IMG/VR virus record: IMGVR_UViG_3300050014_000823
Span: 1-64,000 of that record
Direction: 5' to 3' (one strand)
DNA: 64,000 bases
Below the pieces are notes generated by a model. That model did not search any database. It was given only the letters and a program-made list of their open reading frames with translations, and was not told where the DNA came from. Positions 30,623-41,985 of the stretch are shown in pieces (within the stretch, counting starts at the first letter, position 1; each line of letters begins with the position of its first letter). A program made the position numbers and the translations under genes.

Positions 30623-30928
30623 GTCTTAATTTTTTTGGTTTATACTATGTCTGTTTGTGTCGTCTGATTCTTATACGTTGAAAAGTTACAAAATGTTTCA
30701 TTTTTTTCATTTATTTTTCATTTATTTTCACTTTTATTCACAACCTGGCACCAGGTGGGCGTTTGCGGTGATGGCATTCGTACATTGTTTTCCTTATATA
30801 TATAGGTGTGCTGATAGCTTGTTTAGAATCTGTCTAAATTGAGGGTAAAGTGTAACATTTTTTTTTATATCTCGTTAAAGGTAGTATATTTGACAACTGA
30901 ATTGAATGTTTAACTAATACATAAAGCT

Positions 30929-31495
30929 ATGAATGAAGTAACCAACAGAGCAACAGAATTAGAATTTAATGCAATTTATAAAGAGTTCAAACCGGCAATA
31001 GTTGCGCATTTGCGGACAAAAATCAAAAACGAGGAAGAGCGTGATGATATTGAAATGAGAGTATGGGGCAAACTTAATGAAAACCTACATACACACAATA
31101 TTGCCAAAGGTAAACTTAACACGTGGTTATTCACAATCGTAAAAAACGAAATCATTGATTACTTTCGTAGTGACAGGTATAAGAAACACGAAGCAATGAC
31201 AACCAAAGTGTCTGCAATGGTCAACGAAGAGGGTGTTGAGGCGTTTCAGTTTATCGGTGACAATACGGCAAGTACTGAAATCGAAAACAATCAGTTATCC
31301 GATAAAATACTCAACGCATTTGAAAAAATCAAACCTACCTACAAAGATATAGCAATACAGTATTTTCTTTATGAGAAGCAATACACTGAAATTGCGGATG
31401 CAATGTCCATACCATTAGGCACTGTAAAAGTGGCAATCATGAGAGCAAGAGAAGTACTGCAAAACAATCTTAAAGTCGAGTACGCAAGTTTATAA
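30929..31495 (+). CDS. ECF (group 4) RNA polymerase sigma factor
   Basis: region 2 TWLFTIVKNEIIDYFR and region 4 YTEIADAMSIPLGTVKVAIMRAREVL. Confidence 0.92.
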   Translation: MNEVTNRATELEFNAIYKEFKPAIVAHLRTKIKNEEERDDIEMRVWGKLNENLHTHNIAKGKLNTWLFTIVKNEIIDYFRSDRYKKHEAMTTKVSAMVNEEGVEAFQFIGDNTASTEIENNQLSDKILNAFEKIKPTYKDIAIQYFLYEKQYTEIADAMSIPLGTVKVAIMRAREVLQNNLKVEYASL

Positions 31496-31599
31496 TGTAC
31501 TCAAAAGCACTTAGGGCAATGTACAAAAATATATTGTCCTAAGTGTAACAAAAACCAGGAATTTACGTATAATCAATAGTAACCAAAACATATAAAGCT

Positions 31600-31854
31600 A
31601 TGGCAAAAGAAAAAATTACCCCACGTCCGCTTCCGGAAATCACTGCTGAAATCAGAAAAGATTGGAAACCAATGTACAGACCTGCACAGGCACACTTCGA
31701 AGCATTCGAGTATGCAGATAATGTCAACCAAATGTACGGCATGGACTCTGTAAAGAGTGAGATATTGTACTTTCTTGGCAATGCTCAGACTTGGAAAGGT
31801 GACGTTGCAAGACGCATAAAACTCGAACTCAAAGCACTCGTTGGCTTAAAGTAA
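31600..31854 (+). CDS. small conserved phage protein
   Basis: RPL.EI..EIRKDW...YFLGNAQTWKG..ARRIK.ELK; own promoter and terminator. Confidence 0.75.
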   Translation: MAKEKITPRPLPEITAEIRKDWKPMYRPAQAHFEAFEYADNVNQMYGMDSVKSEILYFLGNAQTWKGDVARRIKLELKALVGLK

Positions 31855-31956
31855 AACTAATGTTCATTGTACAAAAAGAGGGAATTATTTCCCTCTTTTT
31901 TGTAACATTTTCAGCGAATGTACGTATAATATAGAGTAACCAAAACAGAATGTACC

Positions 31957-32175
31957 ATGTCACACAGAAGTGCAGAATATCAAGCCGAAAGGTTAAGACG
32001 TACAACAGTACGCAAGGAGAGGCGCAAATCTGCAAGGCAAACCAAATATTGGCGGTATGGCAGACAATCAGAGGGTACTTGCCCGGATTGTGGCGGTCAA
32101 ATGTCTTGGTGCAGTTGTTGCCAAGTATGGAGCAAAAGTTGTTGTGTTGAATATGGTACTTGTCAATGTTCATAA
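31957..32175 (+). CDS. small basic Cys-rich protein
   Basis: CPDCGGQMSWCSCCQVWSKSCCVEYGTCQCS. Confidence 0.7.
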   Translation: MSHRSAEYQAERLRRTTVRKERRKSARQTKYWRYGRQSEGTCPDCGGQMSWCSCCQVWSKSCCVEYGTCQCS

Positions 32176-32181
32176 ATAAAC

Positions 32182-32238
32182 TGGGTGTTAGCGCAGTGGT
32201 AGAGCGAAATGTCGGGGGTTCGATTCCCTCACACCCTA
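32182..32238 (+). ncRNA. tRNA-like RNA lacking the anticodon arm
   Basis: GGGTGT/ACACCC acceptor, D arm GCGC-AGTGGTA-GAGC, only GAAATGTC before T arm GGGGG-TTCGATT-CCCTC. Confidence 0.75.
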
Positions 32239-32314
32239 CAAATATATTGTACAATAAGTGAAACATTTCTGTTGATTGTACGTATAATACTATGTAACCA
32301 AAACATATAAAGCT

Positions 32315-32656
32315 ATGGCAATGAAAATTTTCACACAGGTAATTATCAATGCTTTTAAAAAGCAGGGTAAGACAGGCAACAAATCAATGAAGGATATTTT
32401 TATCATCTGCAAACTGTTTAACCCCGGCGGTGCAGGTACATGGTATTTGTACGAACAGGAAGACGAGGACACGTTTTGGGCATTCGTGAACTTAGGTGAC
32501 GTTGTAATGTCCGAGTGTGGCACTGTATCAATGTCCGAGTTAATGTCTTACAGAGGTCCGTTTGGCTTAAAGATTGAACGTGACAAGTTTTTTGAGCCGT
32601 TCTCCATGACCTTAGAGGAAGTTTACAACAAGGTAAAAGCAGGACAGCACGTCTAA
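32315..32656 (+). CDS. DUF2958-like protein
   Basis: KLFNPGGAGTWYL.E...ECGTVSMSEL..RGPFGLKIERDKFF. Confidence 0.8.
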   Translation: MAMKIFTQVIINAFKKQGKTGNKSMKDIFIICKLFNPGGAGTWYLYEQEDEDTFWAFVNLGDVVMSECGTVSMSELMSYRGPFGLKIERDKFFEPFSMTLEEVYNKVKAGQHV

Positions 32657-32738
32657 AAATAAGTTGAAAATATGTCCCTCAGAGTGTAACATTTACGGGG
32701 TTTTTCGTATAATCACCTGTAACCAAAACACACAGACT

Positions 32739-33257
32739 ATGAATACTTATTTCACAAACGAATGTTTATCAATCTCCTTAGAGAGGCATAAAGATAATAC
32801 CTTAAGTCTTGAAATCGGTTCAGACTTTGGCAACCAAAGATATCACAAACAGCAACTACATGTATGTGAAAAACGTCTTGCAAGTGCTGTTGAAGGATTT
32901 TGGAAATCAACAAAAACCAAAAAACTTCAAGGTGTTCATGTTGGCTTCGGTGAAATCGACCATTATGACGACATGACTGACATATATCATACACCAACCG
33001 CCTTCATTAAAAGAGGCAAGAGAAAAGTAGAAACAAGTTGGAGAGAACACGGCAGTATACCAAAGGATTGGAGCATTAACCTACATGCGGCAATTGCTGA
33101 CACAACCACAATTAATCCCGTGCTTGAAGTCGTTAAGAATGCCATTGGCTTTTCTAAGTTCAAAGCAATTGAGAAGGAACTCATTAAAAAATTCCGTCCT
33201 GTATTGCAGAAGAAAAAAGAATATGGTAATTATTACAGTGAAAATTATGTAGACTAA
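32739..33257 (+). CDS. hypothetical protein
   Basis: ATG after promoter 32685 and TAACCAA leader. Confidence 0.7.
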   Translation: MNTYFTNECLSISLERHKDNTLSLEIGSDFGNQRYHKQQLHVCEKRLASAVEGFWKSTKTKKLQGVHVGFGEIDHYDDMTDIYHTPTAFIKRGKRKVETSWREHGSIPKDWSINLHAAIADTTTINPVLEVVKNAIGFSKFKAIEKELIKKFRPVLQKKKEYGNYYSENYVD

Positions 33258-33311
33258 CTGAAACATTTCCTCTGCAAATACGTATAATCAACTGTAACCA
33301 AACCAAAGACA

Positions 33312-33944
33312 ATGAAAAAATTAAGGATATTATTAGCATGTGAAGAAAGCCAAGCAGTAACAATAGCTTTCAGAAAACTTGGACATGAGGCTTACAGTTG
33401 TGACTTACTTGAATGTACAGGTGGTCACCCCGAATGGCACATACAAGGTGATGTAACTGTTGTACTTAAGCAACATTGGGACTTAATAATAGCATTCCCG
33501 CCATGCACACACTTAGCAGTAAGTGGCAACGCACACCGTGCTAAGAAACAGGCAGACGGACGTGAGGCAGAAGCAATAGCATTCTTTATGATGTTTGCCA
33601 ACCACGAATGTACGCACATAGCAATTGAGAACCCCGTAGGTATAATGTCCACTAAGTGGAGAAAGCCTAATCAGATTGTACAGCCGTGGCAGTTTGGACA
33701 ACCCGAAAGTAAGAAGACATGCTTATGGTTGAAAGGGTTACCAACATTGACTCACACCAATGTACTACCAAAACCCGCATGCGGATATTGGGACAACCAA
33801 ACATCTGATGGACAGAACAAACTCTTGGTTGACGGCAAATGGATAGCTTACAATGACCCACGGACACCCGCCTTAAGGTCAAAAACATATAAGGGAATTG
33901 CACAGGCAATGGCAAAGCAGTGGTCAGACTACCTAACAAAATAA
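33312..33944 (+). CDS. short phage-type DNA cytosine methyltransferase
   Basis: LLACEES, IAFPPCTHL, IENPVG, QPWQFG..ESKKTCLWL, RSKTY.GIA.AMA.QW. Confidence 0.78.
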   Translation: MKKLRILLACEESQAVTIAFRKLGHEAYSCDLLECTGGHPEWHIQGDVTVVLKQHWDLIIAFPPCTHLAVSGNAHRAKKQADGREAEAIAFFMMFANHECTHIAIENPVGIMSTKWRKPNQIVQPWQFGQPESKKTCLWLKGLPTLTHTNVLPKPACGYWDNQTSDGQNKLLVDGKWIAYNDPRTPALRSKTYKGIAQAMAKQWSDYLTK

Positions 33945-34144
33945 TTTGTCTTGTTTTGGTTTATACTCAGAAAGATGGGTGAACCGTTTAATCAGAACGG
34001 CACCCATTTTTTATTTTATGCATATGATGCAAAAATCCTGGCATTTCTGTAACATTTTTCTCAGTTTTTCGTATAATCATTCATAAGACACACACAGACT
34101 AACAGTCTTAAACCAAACAGAGTATAAACTTAAAACCAAACAAA

Positions 34145-35002
34145 ATGAAGACAAAAACATTATCACTTAGCAGAACAGATTTTCCAGTTGTTAGTTCACT
34201 TGACAACCTTGAAGTTGGAAGAATTTACACAACATTCAAACCGGAAATTATTAAGTCCCTGGAATTTAACAGAGGCGCAAAAGACGGATTTCTTCCTGAA
34301 AGAGTTGCAGCTTTACAGGCAAAGTTTGATACAGGTTTATTTTATATGAACGTCTGTCATGTTCTTGTCAACAGTAAAGGAAAAGCAATTGACGGAAACA
34401 ACAGAAAGAAAATGCTTTCAAACAACAAACAGGGTGTCAATTTTATGATTACAGCACAGCCGGAATTTAATCTTGACAATGAATCTGAAATTCTCAACAA
34501 CGTATCTGAATACAATTCGGTGAACTCAGCATGGAACGGCAAAGATGCTTATGAATCAGCACTCGCATTCAATGAAGCTGCCGCAGTCGCAATCGACAAA
34601 CTAAAAACCTGGGTTGAAAACACCTACGGCATTAATGCAGACATTTTCACACCGAGCAGACTTATTGCAATCGTTACCAAATTCAAACAGGGACTGAACG
34701 GTAAAGTACAGCCAAGACGTGCATATTGTAACAAAGAAACTGCAAGTGTACTCGAATCACCGGAATTTAAAGAACACCTATTGTTCTTAGTGAATGTTAT
34801 ACAGTTTGTACAGTCAAACAACAATTCAATAACAGCTTTTGATGTGGTTCGTTGCTTACTTCCTATAATGTGGAAGAAAGAGTTAAGTCAGAAAGTTGTT
34901 CTCGCAAACGTTAAAAAACGTGGTTTCAAAGGTATGGACAATACCAAAATGGCAGGTGTTAAGGCAAGAGTTACCGAGATACTGAAAATAGGAAATGTCT
35001 AA
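34145..35002 (+). CDS. ParB-N-like domain protein
   Basis: EFNRG...VLVNSKGKAIDGNNR. Confidence 0.5.
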   Translation: MKTKTLSLSRTDFPVVSSLDNLEVGRIYTTFKPEIIKSLEFNRGAKDGFLPERVAALQAKFDTGLFYMNVCHVLVNSKGKAIDGNNRKKMLSNNKQGVNFMITAQPEFNLDNESEILNNVSEYNSVNSAWNGKDAYESALAFNEAAAVAIDKLKTWVENTYGINADIFTPSRLIAIVTKFKQGLNGKVQPRRAYCNKETASVLESPEFKEHLLFLVNVIQFVQSNNNSITAFDVVRCLLPIMWKKELSQKVVLANVKKRGFKGMDNTKMAGVKARVTEILKIGNV

Positions 35003-35064
35003 TGTACAGATAGTTGTGGGTGGCATTGTCCACCCACTATTTATTAACCTTAAAACCACAGACA

Positions 35065-35547
35065 ATGAATACAGAAATACTTATTGAAAGATACAGACGA
35101 AGTAATGAGCATGAGCATATAGTAATGTCCGCAACAATCAGAACATTAATGCCAACAATTTTTGACCAAAACAATACTGAAACCATTGTTCAGCAGAGAA
35201 TAAAAAGAACCAAAGGTCCAACACTTTTCCTTGATGCATCAAATGGAAATCTTACTGCAACAGGTCAGCATTATCGTAAAACTGAAATGAGAGTTGGAAA
35301 TATCTTTGTTGAAGTAAAACATCAAAACACTGTCAGCAACATACAGGAATCTGTTATGGGTGAAATTGCAAGAGCAGAAAACATTAAAGGTCAATACTGG
35401 CTTGTTCTTCTTGGTGATGCATATAGAAGACCTATAATAATTTCTGAATTTGTAAGGATGATTTTCAAATACAAATTACAAAATAAGGTGAGAATGTTTT
35501 TAAGTGTTGAGGAATATATTCTTGCATTACAGGACGAAAATTTGTAA
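35065..35547 (+). CDS. possible PD-(D/E)XK nuclease-fold protein
   Basis: IFVEVKHQNT..WLVLLGDAY. Confidence 0.4.
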   Translation: MNTEILIERYRRSNEHEHIVMSATIRTLMPTIFDQNNTETIVQQRIKRTKGPTLFLDASNGNLTATGQHYRKTEMRVGNIFVEVKHQNTVSNIQESVMGEIARAENIKGQYWLVLLGDAYRRPIIISEFVRMIFKYKLQNKVRMFLSVEEYILALQDENL

Positions 35548-35597
35548 CATTTTCCGGGCAAATACGTATAATCATCAGTAACCAACACAGACATAAA

Positions 35598-37068
35598 ATG
35601 AAATCAGAAATTACAGTACGGTCACAGGGAATAAAAGGCGGTGATGCCAAATTCGAAGATAAAGGTTCAGCTACACTCTATCTCACAGACAGAGGACAGA
35701 AAAGAACTGACTTGGTAATTGACGTTGATTCATTCCGGGGTTCCGGGACGACATATAAAAGACGGGAAAAGACTTTAATAAATATTGACTTTGAGAACAC
35801 GCCTATATTTCATGGCACGGTTGAAGAACTTGTTGCAAGGCTGAAAAAACCCGCAACTGAATTCAAACAGACAGTTGAATTCAAATCACGTGGATTAGTT
35901 CTTGGTAATCTTTTCATGGGTGGTGAAGGTGCATATAAAGCAAAGACACTGAAAGCCAATAGTAAAAAAGAACTGATTGAAAAAGCTGTTGATATGTTGC
36001 TCGATGGCAGTCTTGATGGTGGCATGGGTTTTGACGGTTTACTTGGAGCAATGCTTGAGATAACAACTGTTACTACGTTCATTGTCAATGACAAATGTTT
36101 TCGTAATGAAGAAACTGAAAGCGTATATATTGGCGACTTAACAGCCGAACAGATGCAATTTCTTGAAGAAACAGGAATGTATGTGTAACATTCTCCCGGC
36201 AAATACGTATAATCTATTGAACCAAAACGACAAAACAATGAAGACATTTTCAATACAATTCGAAGAATTAAAGGAGCAGGCAATTGATAAAATCCGGGAC
36301 TTAATAAAGTCCAAAGGTAAAGAATCGAAACACAGCAACAAAAGATGTTTGAAAGTCACAAAGGATGACCTACAATTTAATCTTGGCGGTGGAAGATATC
36401 TCACTGAGATAAATGCAGAAACCCTGGTTGACAATGATGGATATGAATACAATTTTTATGTCCTAAGTACAGAAGACTTTTTATCAGTAACCGATTATCT
36501 GATAGCACAATATAAATAATATAGTTTGGTTACTATGCTTTTGTTTGGTTACAAAAGAAAACCCCGTGAAATTTGAAACATTTCCGGGGTTTTTACGTAT
36601 AATCATTTGTAACCAATACTTATAAAGCTATGGCAAAGAAGAAACTTTATTACACAGTCGAAAAAGAGATTGACGACAATGGTGGTGATGATACCCTCAC
36701 AGGTAACAAGACCATCACAGTTTACGAAATCGTAAACAACGAACCTAAAAAACTCACAGACATTGAGTGCGGAACAGAAGAGAACAGCAAAGATAAAATC
36801 AATGAGTATCTTGAAGACAATGGTTATGGTGATGATGAATTTACACTAATACTTCTGTAATATGAGTAAAGCAACCTTTGTAAAAGAAATAACAGTTGAA
36901 GACCTTAATGGTAATCCTGTTGAAATGGAAGTCTATCAGCATGAGAACGGTGGTTTATTCGCAATAGACAGTTCATTCGTTGACCAAGTACTTGGTGATG
37001 AATTTGACAGAGTAGTAATTCCCGACCCATTTAATGAAGGCTTCATGCTGGAATTAGAAGAAAATTAA
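35598..37068 (+). other. four small early-type CDS (35598-36188, 36238-36519, 36630-36860, 36862-37068), the last two very acidic
   Basis: cassettes preceded by ECF-type promoters. Confidence 0.7.
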
Positions 37069-37146
37069 CGACTGAACCCTGTAACACAGGGTTTTTTGTT
37101 GTAAATTAGAATCATATTCACTAATTTTGTATATTAATTTAAATAT

Positions 37147-37467
37147 ATGCAAACGAAAGAGAATAAAAAACAATGGAAGATTAATAATCCTGGAAAGGTA
37201 AAATTATATAATAAGAAGTCTGGATTAAAAAGATTCTATGGTATTACTGTAGAAGAATATGATTTACTGTTTAATAAACAGGAAGGTAAATGTTTAATAT
37301 GTGATAAGCATCAAAGTGAATTTAAGCGTGCATTTGATGTTGACCATAATCATAAGACAGGAATAATCAGAGGATTATTATGTGGTGGTTGCAACCTTCT
37401 TATTGGCAATGCTAAAGAAGATGTTAATATATTGGCACAAGCAATTAATTATTTAAATAATAATTAA
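37147..37467 (+). mobile_element. endonuclease VII-like homing endonuclease
   Basis: YGIT.EEY..L..KQ.G.C.IC...VDHNH.TG.IRGLLC..CN. Confidence 0.88.
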
Positions 37468-37523
37468 GTTGTAACATTTACAGGGTTTTTTCGTATAATC
37501 ACTATAACCAATACATAAAAGAC

Positions 37524-38263
37524 ATGGCAACATTTAAAGTAGTACACGAAATCGAAGTCGAAGCTAAGAACCCATTAGAAGCTGCAAAGACAGTACAGGA
37601 ATGGTTTGATGATGCTGACACCAAGTGGCAGTTCTACGTACAGAAAGAAGGTCAGAAGAAAATAGTCAGTGTAGACCTTAATGAAGACGATAGCGCAGCA
37701 GTTCTTCCTGTTGGTGCATATGAACCTATGATTCAACCCCTAATACAACTATAAGATGAACGGAAAAAAGAGAATCAATAAGGAAGCTACAGTACGGAAT
37801 ATCCGGAAAGCTGCAGAAGGCAACATAAGAGACATGGATGCCTTTGAAAAACAAATGGAGAACGAACAGGATATCCTGGATGCCTGCATCTTATGGGAAG
37901 CCGAAGTCGTATACCTGTAAAAATAAATCGAAAATAATTGCCCGGAAGTGTAACATTTTCGGGCAGTTTTCGTATAATCATATATAAGAAAGGGGTTCGT
38001 GCCACGCCAGCACGCAGAGGGTAGACTCCAACCTACCTTATACTCTGAGTTTAGACTCATTCTAAATAAGACCAAAGTGTAACAAAAACCCAGGTTTTTC
38101 GTATAATACCTGTAACCAACAATTAAAGCTATGATTATACTCGAAGGTAAGAACCCAGATTTTTTTGCAGTATGGTCGTGTGACACACAGTGCTACACAG
38201 TCTATTACAAGAATCAAGTACTGATAAAAAAAGACAGATTTGCTGACATTAAATCTTATCTGA
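37524..38263 (+). other. small CDS 37524-37754, about 37757-37920 and 38131-38263
   Basis: ORFs following promoters 37470 and 38078. Confidence 0.55.
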
Positions 38264-38322
38264 ATTGAAACATTTTCAAGTTTTTTTCGTATAATCTATT
38301 GTAAACCAAAACACACACAGAC

Positions 38323-39147
38323 ATGATGAAATTTACAACTATTGCAGATGCACGCAAACAGACAGGATTAAGTTACCTTGGTGGTATTGCCACAAGTGCA
38401 AAGATAAGCCACAGTAAACAATACAGTCATCAGTATACATATGGTATGTATCTTGCACCCGCTAAATTAAGTGGTCACAACGTTTGTAGCCACAGTACAC
38501 CCGAATGCCGTATGGGTTGTCTCAATACTTCGGGACGTGCAGGAATTGAGGAATTTTCGGGTATCACAAAGATAGCTGATTGCCGTATTAAGAAAACACA
38601 GTTGTTTTTTGACGAAACAGCATTTTTTATGCAGTGGCTGATTGCCGAAATTAAACAGGCACAGGCAAAAGCAGTCAGAGACAACTATTTCTTCTCTGTA
38701 AGGCTGAATGCAACATCAGACATTAATTGGGCAAACGTCTTGGTTGACGGTCAGAACATTTTTCAGATATTTCCACAGGTAAGTTTTTATGACTATACCA
38801 AAAATCATTTGAAGTTTGAAAACAAACCTTTGAACTATCACCTTACCTATTCTTACACAGGTCGCAATTGGGACAAGTGCATTGAATTACTTTCACGTGG
38901 TTTCAATATTGCAATGGTATTCAATGTAAAACACGAAAGTATGTCACCTGCAATGTACAAAGGTTATGCAGTGGTCAACGGTGACCTTACCGATTACCGC
39001 ATTGATGATGCCAAAGGTATTATAATAGGTTTGAAGTGGAAACGCATTGCAAACCGTATCAATGAGAAGAAAATTCTCAACAGTTGCTTCGTTGTCAATG
39101 TACAGTCTACAGTACCTAATGTACAACAACTGCAGTTAGTTGCATAA
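38323..39147 (+). CDS. gene product 88 (GP88)-like protein
   Basis: NVC..ST..C..GCL..SGR, VRLNATSDI.W, FYDYTK, NYHLTYS, GD.TD.R..D. Confidence 0.75.
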   Translation: MMKFTTIADARKQTGLSYLGGIATSAKISHSKQYSHQYTYGMYLAPAKLSGHNVCSHSTPECRMGCLNTSGRAGIEEFSGITKIADCRIKKTQLFFDETAFFMQWLIAEIKQAQAKAVRDNYFFSVRLNATSDINWANVLVDGQNIFQIFPQVSFYDYTKNHLKFENKPLNYHLTYSYTGRNWDKCIELLSRGFNIAMVFNVKHESMSPAMYKGYAVVNGDLTDYRIDDAKGIIIGLKWKRIANRINEKKILNSCFVVNVQSTVPNVQQLQLVA

Positions 39148-39201
39148 TTAATGCATATAATGCGGGGAATAAATGTTTAATCACTTCAAATAATGCGGTG
39201 A

Positions 39202-39609
39202 TTAAACATTCAATTCTAAATAAGAAATTGCTGATTTTAATGTTTCAATATTGTCATTACAATTACCTAAAAGAATATTACAATTTGGACAGAGTAAACC
39301 TCTAACACTTCCAGTAACATGATTATGGTCAATAAATATATGTCGTTTTCTTTCAAATTGTTTATTACATATTTTACATTTACCGTTCTGAGCATTGTAC
39401 ATATTAATAAAATCATCATGAGTTATATTATACTTACCATATTTTTTATTAAGTTTTTCACCAGGATTATTAGCGTATCTTATTCTATGACCAGCATTAC
39501 CACATTTTTTACAATAGTGGTCACGACCATATTTACCATTTATTCTTTTATGAAATTCATCAAGTGGTTTAGGAACTTTACATTTCGAGCAAATTTTCAA
39601 TTCTTCCAT
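39202..39609 (-). mobile_element. endonuclease VII-like homing endonuclease
   Basis: CSKC..CKKC N-terminus, QNGKCKIC...IDHNH.TG.VRGLLCPNCN; start after GTATTTAT at 39625-39632. Confidence 0.88.
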
Positions 39610-39712
39610 AATGTACAATTTAATATAAATACAAAGATAAAATGTTTTCTCCGCATTTTGTAACATTCTCCGCATATTTACATATAATCACTATAAACCA
39701 ATACTTAAGACA

Positions 39713-41855
39713 ATGACAATCCAGGAATTTTTAGCAGACAATACAATCACAGATGAAAACATAATAATGGATGCATTATGCATACCAAAGTCAGCCAGAG
39801 GCGTATTCAAAGTACGACCATTGTACCCTATCGGTGTAGGTCAATGGAAGACAGATAAAATGCCGCCTCAGTGGTCAAACAATGACCAATTCACAATGGG
39901 AACAGTTTACCCTATCTATGACAATGAAGGTATCTTTGTAATAGGTAAAGACGGACAGGGTAAAAAGTTCAATGAGAACGACTGGAAAGAAGTAGTTTGG
40001 TTCTAAAGTAATACTTAAGATAATGACAGCTAAAAAACAGATAACCAAGAAGTTAAAGCCAACCAAATTATGGGTTGGTCACATACCTGGAATCTATGGT
40101 TACGGTGTTATGGTCGTTGAATTTTCAGAAGACCAAGCCAGGAAATCTTTGAAACGTGCATTTGCACAGGCAAAGAAATACAATGACGGTCAAATGAGTT
40201 TTGCCAATGCCTTCGACCATTGGGGTGGCAGAATATTCGAAATCGAAACAGGTAGATATTATGGTGATGATTTCAGTGAATAATTGAAACCTTATTTGAG
40301 TTTGTACGTATAATACCTATAACCAATACACACACTAAATATGAAGAAATTATTAATCACACTCATTGTACAGGACGGTGAAAACCAACACAAACACAGA
40401 ATCCTGCACACCACTAACGGAAATGATATACACTTCGCAGCTCAGAGATATGCTGCAGGATTCTACGGTGATGATGAACCTGAACACCTGTTATCATGGT
40501 GGCAATTCCAGGCAGGTAGCATAGCAGTTGAAGTTGAGAATGTACGTGAACTCTCCGACTATGAGTATCAGCTATTGTCCGACCTCTTTGGTGGCATTGT
40601 ACGCAAACCATACTTTGAGATTGTACAGGCAGGTTTCAATGAAGGTCTTCAGAGAGAAGAAGTACAGATTCATTGTGGCGAAAATGGTAACTTGATGATT
40701 GCCAAAACTCCAGAAGGCTTCGTTGTTGACATATACAATCAGGATGAGAATATTGATTCTCTGACAGTCTGGGAAGACGACCTGTCACCACTGGAGATTG
40801 AAATCGACCCTAATGTACACGGGACTAAAATAAAAGAATTTCTTGACACTCAGGGACAAAAACATTCAGCTATAACAGCAGAACTTGGCTTACACCCTGC
40901 ACACAACATGAGTGATGAGATATTGATGGATGACTATTTCTACCTTGAAGGTAAAAAAGAGTGGTATCCAAAGAACAGTTCAATGTACGGTGATACTGAA
41001 CAGGCAATTGCAAACTTCTTGCAGGAAAATCGTGACGACTACTAAAAATAAACTTGCCGGGACTGAAATAATTCCCGGCATTTTTCGTATAATCATCATT
41101 AACCAACACACACTGAAATGAAAACAAATTGGAGCACACCTAAAACAAATATATTCGCAGGAATGTCAGACCTTCGTAAATGCCTTGCAGGTGGTAATAA
41201 AGCCAGACTTATAAGAGCACGCAATGAAGACTGTGAATTTCCAATAATGATTAAGAATGTGAATTCTGATTTCAGAAGCTATACCTTTAGTATTGGCTAT
41301 GCCAGCAGTATAAATAAAGTAAAGGCAGACCCAAATTTAAGTGAATTCGAAAAGCACCTTACATTGAACTATGTCTCTGTCTTCGGCAGTCAGGAAGCAA
41401 AGGACAGATATTATGAGACAGGCATATGTACTGTAGACAACTTTAAGAACATGGGTTGTAGTCATCTGGTACATGTCGATGACATGATTAAATTCCTGGA
41501 AGACACTAATGACCCAAGGGCAGCTTTATATAAAAGACAATACCGTGCCAATGAACAGGTAAATGATGTACAACACTTCTTTGACTTCTACAGATGTGAC
41601 AAAGGCAGTCCTCACACTATTAAGAAGTTCAAGAGAAAACTCTGGGTTGTTGATATGCTGGATAAAGATATGCCAGCACCCAGAACACCAATTCTTGTGT
41701 ATATCCTAAATGTACTGGCTTATCCCCTTAAGTACATACCCAACAAGTCAGTACTACGTATGCCAGAATATAAATGCGTAACATTCAGAATTGGTGCAGT
41801 GACAAATGGCTTCGCAGTAGAGTTTCATCTCCCAAAGAAATTCAGTTTTAAATAA
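39713..41855 (+). other. four early-type hypothetical CDS (39713-40006, 40023-40283, 40341-41045 acidic, 41118-41855)
   Basis: preceded by promoters 39659, 40285, 41064. Confidence 0.7.
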
Positions 41856-41985
41856 AGATATTCTATGGCGGTTCAATCCGCACTCATTTGGTTTAGTGTT
41901 TTGGTTAACATGTCCCCGGAAGTTGTGACTCCGCTGGCTAAAAAGAGAATCCCCTGTATTTATAGAATATGGGGGATTTTTCATT

